From NCBI GenBank assembly GCA_963819655.1, contig CAWFXA010000002.1:1504001-1568000 (forward strand): a DNA stretch of 64,000 bases, read 5' to 3'. A model generated the notes under the pieces. That model was not told the origin of the DNA. It was given only the letters and a program-made list of their open reading frames with translations, and searched no databases. Position 1 is the stretch's first letter. Every line of letters starts with the position of its first letter. The position numbers and the translations under genes were made by a program. The DNA is from an uncultured Chloroflexia bacterium (GTDB lineage: Bacteria; Chloroflexota; Limnocylindria; Limnocylindrales; CSP1-4). Below are positions 59,580 through 64,000 of this stretch, in pieces.

Positions 59580-60689
59580 GAGACATCATCTATCTCGCCG
59601 CGACCGGCCAGAACCGTGGCAAGACCACGGTCAGCCTCGGGGTCCTCGACGGGTTCCAGCGCCGTGGCCTCTCGACCGGGTTCATCAAGCCGGTCGGCCA
59701 GCGCACCGTGATCGAGGAGGGCGTCCCGGCCGACGAGGACGCCGTGCTGATGAAGACGGTCTTCGGCCTGCCCGAGCCGCTCGGGCAGATGAGCCCGGTC
59801 CACATCCCGCGGGGGTTCACGCAGTCGTACATCGACGGCAAGGTCGTCGAGGACCTCGGTGCCCGCATCCGTTCCGCGCATGCCACGTTCGCCGCGGAAC
59901 GCGACATCCTCTTGATCGAGGGCACGGGTCACGCCGGGGTCGGGGCGGTCATCGACCTGTCGAACGCGGTCGTGGCGGCCATGCTCGGCGCGCCCGGCCG
60001 TGATCGTGTCGGAGGGCGGTGTCGGTCGCCCGATCGATGAGATCGTCCTCAACAAGGCGTTGTTCGAGCGGTCCGGTGTTCGCGTCGCCGGAGCGATCGT
60101 CAACAAGGTCGACCTCGCCGCGAAGCCCGACCTCGCCCGCACGCTCGAGCGCGGGCTCGCTCGGCACGACATCCCGCTTCTGGGTGTTCTCCCGTACCGG
60201 CCGATCCTGTCCAACCCGACGCTCGCGATGGTCCTCGAAGGCGTCCACGGCGAGACCATCCATCCAGGGCCCGACCTCGACGAGGTGATCGGCGGTGTCG
60301 CGATCGGCGCCATGGAGCCGGTCCATATGCTGCAGCGGATCGGCGAGCGCTCGCTGGTCATCGTGCCGGGTGACCGCGACGACGTCATCGCCGCGATCGT
60401 CCACGCCCACCGGATCAAGGCGCCGGCCGGTGGCGATGCGCTCGGCCTCGTCCTGACCGGCGGCTATCGACCGCGCAAGGCGGTCCTCGACGCCATCCGC
60501 GATGCCGATCTGTTCGCCACGATCGTGCCGGAGGACACGTATGCGGTCGCGTCCGAGATCCACGACCTCCTGGTCAAGACCCACGTCGCCGATCGCGAGA
60601 AGATCGAGGAGATCAAGGCGCTCGTGTGGGAGCACCTGTTCATCGACCGGGTGCTCGCCGTGGCCGCCGAGGTCGAAGCGGCCGCCTAG
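59580..60689 (+). CDS. phosphotransacetylase N-terminal-like protein (AAA_26 plus DRTGG), frameshifted near 59995
   Basis: IYLAATGQNRGKTT, KPVGQ, IEGTGH, IVNKV, PGDRDD, LVLTGG; start codon obscured. Confidence 0.82.
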
Positions 60690-60769
60690 TCCAGCCTGGT
60701 CCGCGTTGCCCGGTCGGTGGCGCGGGCCTGGGCCGAGACCCGCGCCGCCGCCGTCAGTCAGGCCGCCGG

Positions 60770-61354
60770 TCAGCGCCCCGCGGGACCCGTCTCGAGCGTG
60801 CGTCGCCGCCCGAGGAGCAGCGCCGCCAGGGCGCCTGCGACCCCGACGGCCAGGCCGATCGCCACGATCGGGAGGAGCTCGGCGCCTATCGGCGTGGTCG
60901 ACACGGGAGCGACCGCCGGTGCCGCGCCGCTGACCAGCGGGTCGTCGGTCAGCGGGAAGATCATGTCTGACCGCTGGCAGCCATTCGCATCGCACGACTC
61001 ACCGATCATGCCGACGACGATCTCGCCGATGCCGCCCCGTGGCACCTCGATCGACGCCGTGTAATGGCCCGAGCCGGCCGGGGTCTCCGTACCCATGACC
61101 TCCGTCGACGTGGTTCGGTCGCTCGAGACGAGGCGGATGTACACGGGCGAGCCGTAGACCGGCTCCTGCTTCCCGTCGACGTCGTAGAAGACCGACCACC
61201 CGACATCGATCGTCGACCCGGGCCCTGCGTCGCGCGGGATCGCCGTGTCGAGCTTCGCCTCGGCACCTTCCTTTGCCAGGGCGGGTGCCGTGGTCAGCGC
61301 GATGATGCCGATGAGGGCGATGACCGGGCTGAGCGTTCGGGTGTGGCGCGACAT
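60770..61354 (-). CDS. secreted protein with C-terminal membrane anchor
   Basis: Signal peptide ending ALA-K; Ig-like core (GHYTASIEVP); C-terminal TM helix followed by GRRR; GAGG RBS. Confidence 0.7.
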   Translation of the reverse strand: MSRHTRTLSPVIALIGIIALTTAPALAKEGAEAKLDTAIPRDAGPGSTIDVGWSVFYDVDGKQEPVYGSPVYIRLVSSDRTTSTEVMGTETPAGSGHYTASIEVPRGGIGEIVVGMIGESCDANGCQRSDMIFPLTDDPLVSGAAPAVAPVSTTPIGAELLPIVAIGLAVGVAGALAALLLGRRRTLETGPAGR

Positions 61355-61383
61355 GGCGTGGACCTCGCGGCGTGAGTGTGTCG

Positions 61384-62257
61384 TCAGCCTCCGTACACCT
61401 GCGGACGCGCCTCGGTTCCCGCGTCGTCGAGGAGCTCGTTGTCGATCAGCCTGGTCGATCCGAAGCGGACGGCGAGCGAGGCGAGCGCCGGTCCATCGAC
61501 GACCTTGAGCTCGGCGAGCGTACGCCCATCGGCGACCGAGACGTAGTCGACCTCGGCGAGCGGCTCCGACGCGAGCACGTCCCGCATGCGCGCGCGAAGT
61601 GCGTCCCCCGATCGCTCGCCACCCTCCCAGGCCTCGCGGGCCGCGAGCAGTGCGCGGCGCAGGACCGTGGCCGCCTCGCGTTCGGCAGGGGAGAGGTGGA
61701 CGTTGCGCGACGACATCGCGAGGCCGTCGGGCTCGCGGATCGTCGGGCAGGTCACGACCTCGGTGCCGATCGCCAGGTCGTTCGCCATCTGGCGGATGAC
61801 CATGACCTGCTGCGCGTCCTTCTGGCCGAAGTACGCTCGGTCGGCGCCGACCAGCCCGAACAGGATGGCCACGACGGTGGCCACGCCATCGAAATGGCCG
61901 GGTCGCGCCGCGCCCTCGAGCGGCTGGGCGACCGCCCCGACCGACACCCGCGTGTCGAACCCCTCCGGGTAGATCTCCGGGACGTCCGGGCGCGAACACG
62001 AGATCGGCGCCCTCGGATTCGGAGATGGCGACGTCCTTCCCTTCGTTGCGTGGGTACTGCGTGTAATCGGTGGCCTCGTTGAACTGCCGCGGGTTGACGA
62101 AGATCGTGACCACCGTCGTCGCGTTCTCCTGGCGGGCGCGGCGGATGAGCGCGCGGTGGCCGTCGTGCAGCCAGCCCATCGTGGTCACCAGGCCGATCGG
62201 CCGCGGCGCGTCGTCGAGCGCCTCGCGCAGCTCGGCGCGCGTCCGCAGGACCTTCAT
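61384..62257 (-). CDS. panC: pantoate-beta-alanine ligase, frameshifted near 61990
   Basis: TMGWLHDGH, IFVNPRQF, YPR, RPGHFDGV, FGQKDAQQ, GLAMSSRN, RLIDN. Confidence 0.93.
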
Positions 62258-62357
62258 GGCGGGACCGTCAACGGGCAACCGCCATTCGCGCTCCGAGGCC
62301 CGAGGCGGAGCCCCGCGACGCCATCGGCCCCAGGATCCCGGGGAAGCCGGCGAATTC

Positions 62358-63272
62358 TCAGAGGTCGCGGTCGAGGGGGATGCCGGCCACCGGGGCCTCG
62401 CCGGTCGCCCGGTCCGAGGCACCCCGGCCCAGCGCCTCGTCGAGCACCGCGTCGTCCATCCGCACGGTCTCGGCGTCGCCCGGGAACGAACCCACGGCCA
62501 CATCCGCGGCGAAGGCGCGCGCCGCATCGCCGATCGTCTTCCGCAGGTTCGCGTAGGGCCGCGCGTGGCGCGGCAGGAAGTCCCCCAAGCCGAGCAGGTC
62601 GGTGACGACCTGGACCTGGCCGCTGCATAGCGGACCCGCCCCGATCCCGATGGTCGGGATGTTCAGTCGATCTGTGATGGCGCCCGCGAGCTGCTCCGGC
62701 ATGAGCTCAAGAACGATCGAGAAAGCGCCCGCTTCCTGCACGGCAAGCGCATCGGCGAGGAGTGCGCGCGCCTGGGTCCGGTCCTTACCCTGGACCTTGA
62801 CCTTGCCGCCCATCCCGTGCTGCGCCTGCGGCGTCCAGCCGATATGGCCCATGACCGGGATCCCGGCCCTGACCATGGCATCGATGATGCGAGCGGAGCG
62901 GACACCGCCTTCGACCTTGACGGCCTGCGCCCCCGCCTCCTGGAGGAAGCGACCGGCGTTCTCGAGCGCTTCCTCGCTCGACGAGTAGGTCAGGAACGGC
63001 ATGTCGCCGATGACCAGAGCCTGGCGGGTGCCGCGCACGACGGCCTTCGTGTGGTGGAGCATCTCGGCCATCGTCACGCGGACTGTCGATTCGTAGCCGA
63101 GCATGACCTGCCCGACCGAGTCGCCCACGAGGATCAGCGGGACCCCGGCGTCATCGATGATCTGCGCGGTCGGGTAGTCGTAGGCTGTCAGCATCGGCAG
63201 CCGCTCGCCGTTGGCATGACGCTTGGCGATGTCGGCGACGGTCAGGCGACGGGTGGAGTCAGAAGCGCTCAT
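62358..63272 (-). CDS. panB: 3-methyl-2-oxobutanoate hydroxymethyltransferase
   Basis: LTAYD, ILVGDS, DMPF, VKVEGG, GHIG.TPQ, TIGIGAG, GQVQV. Confidence 0.96.
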   Translation of the reverse strand: MSASDSTRRLTVADIAKRHANGERLPMLTAYDYPTAQIIDDAGVPLILVGDSVGQVMLGYESTVRVTMAEMLHHTKAVVRGTRQALVIGDMPFLTYSSSEEALENAGRFLQEAGAQAVKVEGGVRSARIIDAMVRAGIPVMGHIGWTPQAQHGMGGKVKVQGKDRTQARALLADALAVQEAGAFSIVLELMPEQLAGAITDRLNIPTIGIGAGPLCSGQVQVVTDLLGLGDFLPRHARPYANLRKTIGDAARAFAADVAVGSFPGDAETVRMDDAVLDEALGRGASDRATGEAPVAGIPLDRDL

Positions 63273-63273
63273 A

Positions 63274-64000
63274 TCAATCGCCAGTCTGCGCTGCGCTGTC
63301 GCGGTCGTCCAGCGCGCGCGAGACCCGATCCAGGAGGCGATCCGCCACCTCTCGCTTGGACATCAGGGGCAGCTCGTCCCGGCCGCCGTCTGCGTCGAGG
63401 ATCGTGACCTTGTTCGTGTCGGTCCCGAACCCGGAGCCGGGCTCCGAGACGTCGTTCGCGACCATCAGGTCGACACCCTTGCGGCGCAGCTTGCCCGCGG
63501 CCCGATCGAGGGAGCCGGTCTCCGCGGCGAAGCCGACGAGGATCGGGCGCGGGGTCATCGGCTCGTAGGTGGTCTCCCCAGTCCGGTCCGTGCCCCGCGC
63601 AAGCCGCGCGATCTGGGCGAGGACGTCGGGCGTCGGCTCAAGGTCCAGGGTCAGCCCGGCACCGCGTTCGAGCTTGGTCGCCGTGGTGGTCGACGGCCGG
63701 AAGTCGCTGACCGCGGCGGCCATGACCAGGGCGTCGAAGCCCGCCCGTCCGTCGGCGTCGTGCGTCAGGCGATGGAGGGCGGCGCGCAGGTCGGCCGTCG
63801 ACTCGATACGGATCGTCGTCGCGTCGGCCGGCGGCTCGACCTCCATGCTCGCCGCCACGAGGGTCACCCGCGCCCCGCGGGCGAGGGCGGCGGCCGCGAT
63901 CGCGACGCCCATCCGGCCGCTCGAGCGGTTCCCGATGTAGCGCACGGGGTCGATCGCCTCACGGGTGCCGCCGGCACTCACGACGATGTGGCGACCATCC
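63274..64000 (-). CDS. coaBC: CoaBC, C-terminal CoaB part (5' end outside the window)
   Basis: SAGGTREAIDPVRYIGNRSSGRMG, AAAVSDF, VGFAAET, ANDV, FGTDTN. Confidence 0.94.
   Translation of the reverse strand, partial: DGRHIVVSAGGTREAIDPVRYIGNRSSGRMGVAIAAAALARGARVTLVAASMEVEPPADATTIRIESTADLRAALHRLTHDADGRAGFDALVMAAAVSDFRPSTTTATKLERGAGLTLDLEPTPDVLAQIARLARGTDRTGETTYEPMTPRPILVGFAAETGSLDRAAGKLRRKGVDLMVANDVSEPGSGFGTDTNKVTILDADGGRDELPLMSKREVADRLLDRVSRALDDRDSAAQTGD

Noticed and set aside
60770-62527. PanC fused to a secreted protein
   Set aside because: Artefact of the panC frameshift near 61990; the downstream gene has its own RBS and signal peptide

Overview
High-GC bacterial chromosomal window, most likely from a Chloroflexota (Limnocylindria/Ellin6529-like) or similar Terrabacteria genome; the taxonomy is inferred from gene style and content only. 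It holds about 55 genes. Left to right: an Eis-type acetyltransferase; a small defence islet (BglII/BstYI-like endonuclease, vsr, M.Sau3AI-like C5 methyltransferase, papain-like protein, Phd-VapC toxin-antitoxin pair); housekeeping and secreted proteins; and a complete PTS-dependent dihydroxyacetone kinase operon (dhaM-HPr-MIP-dhaK-dhaL-EI). Divergent from that operon is a DhaL paralogue lacking the conserved GRA arginine, coupled to a soluble two-component system, with 11-bp-period boxes between the two units. Next come an XRE-HTH/PD-(D/E)XK gene beside six helically phased copies of the palindrome TGACCGTCGGTCA, an lhr-nei repair operon, and a cyanophycin/polyamine region. That region has cphB, cphA, speB, an amidohydrolase, potDBCA and a second CphA-like protein lacking the whole ATP-grasp domain. 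The window ends with amino-acid metabolism genes and coaBC-panB-panC. At least seven genes carry single-base frameshifts, probably long-read assembly indels. Many genes have a TANNNT box 6-9 nt before the start codon, suggesting leaderless transcription. No rRNA, tRNA, transposase, integrase or cas gene was recognised. All family calls come from motif recognition by eye, not database searches.
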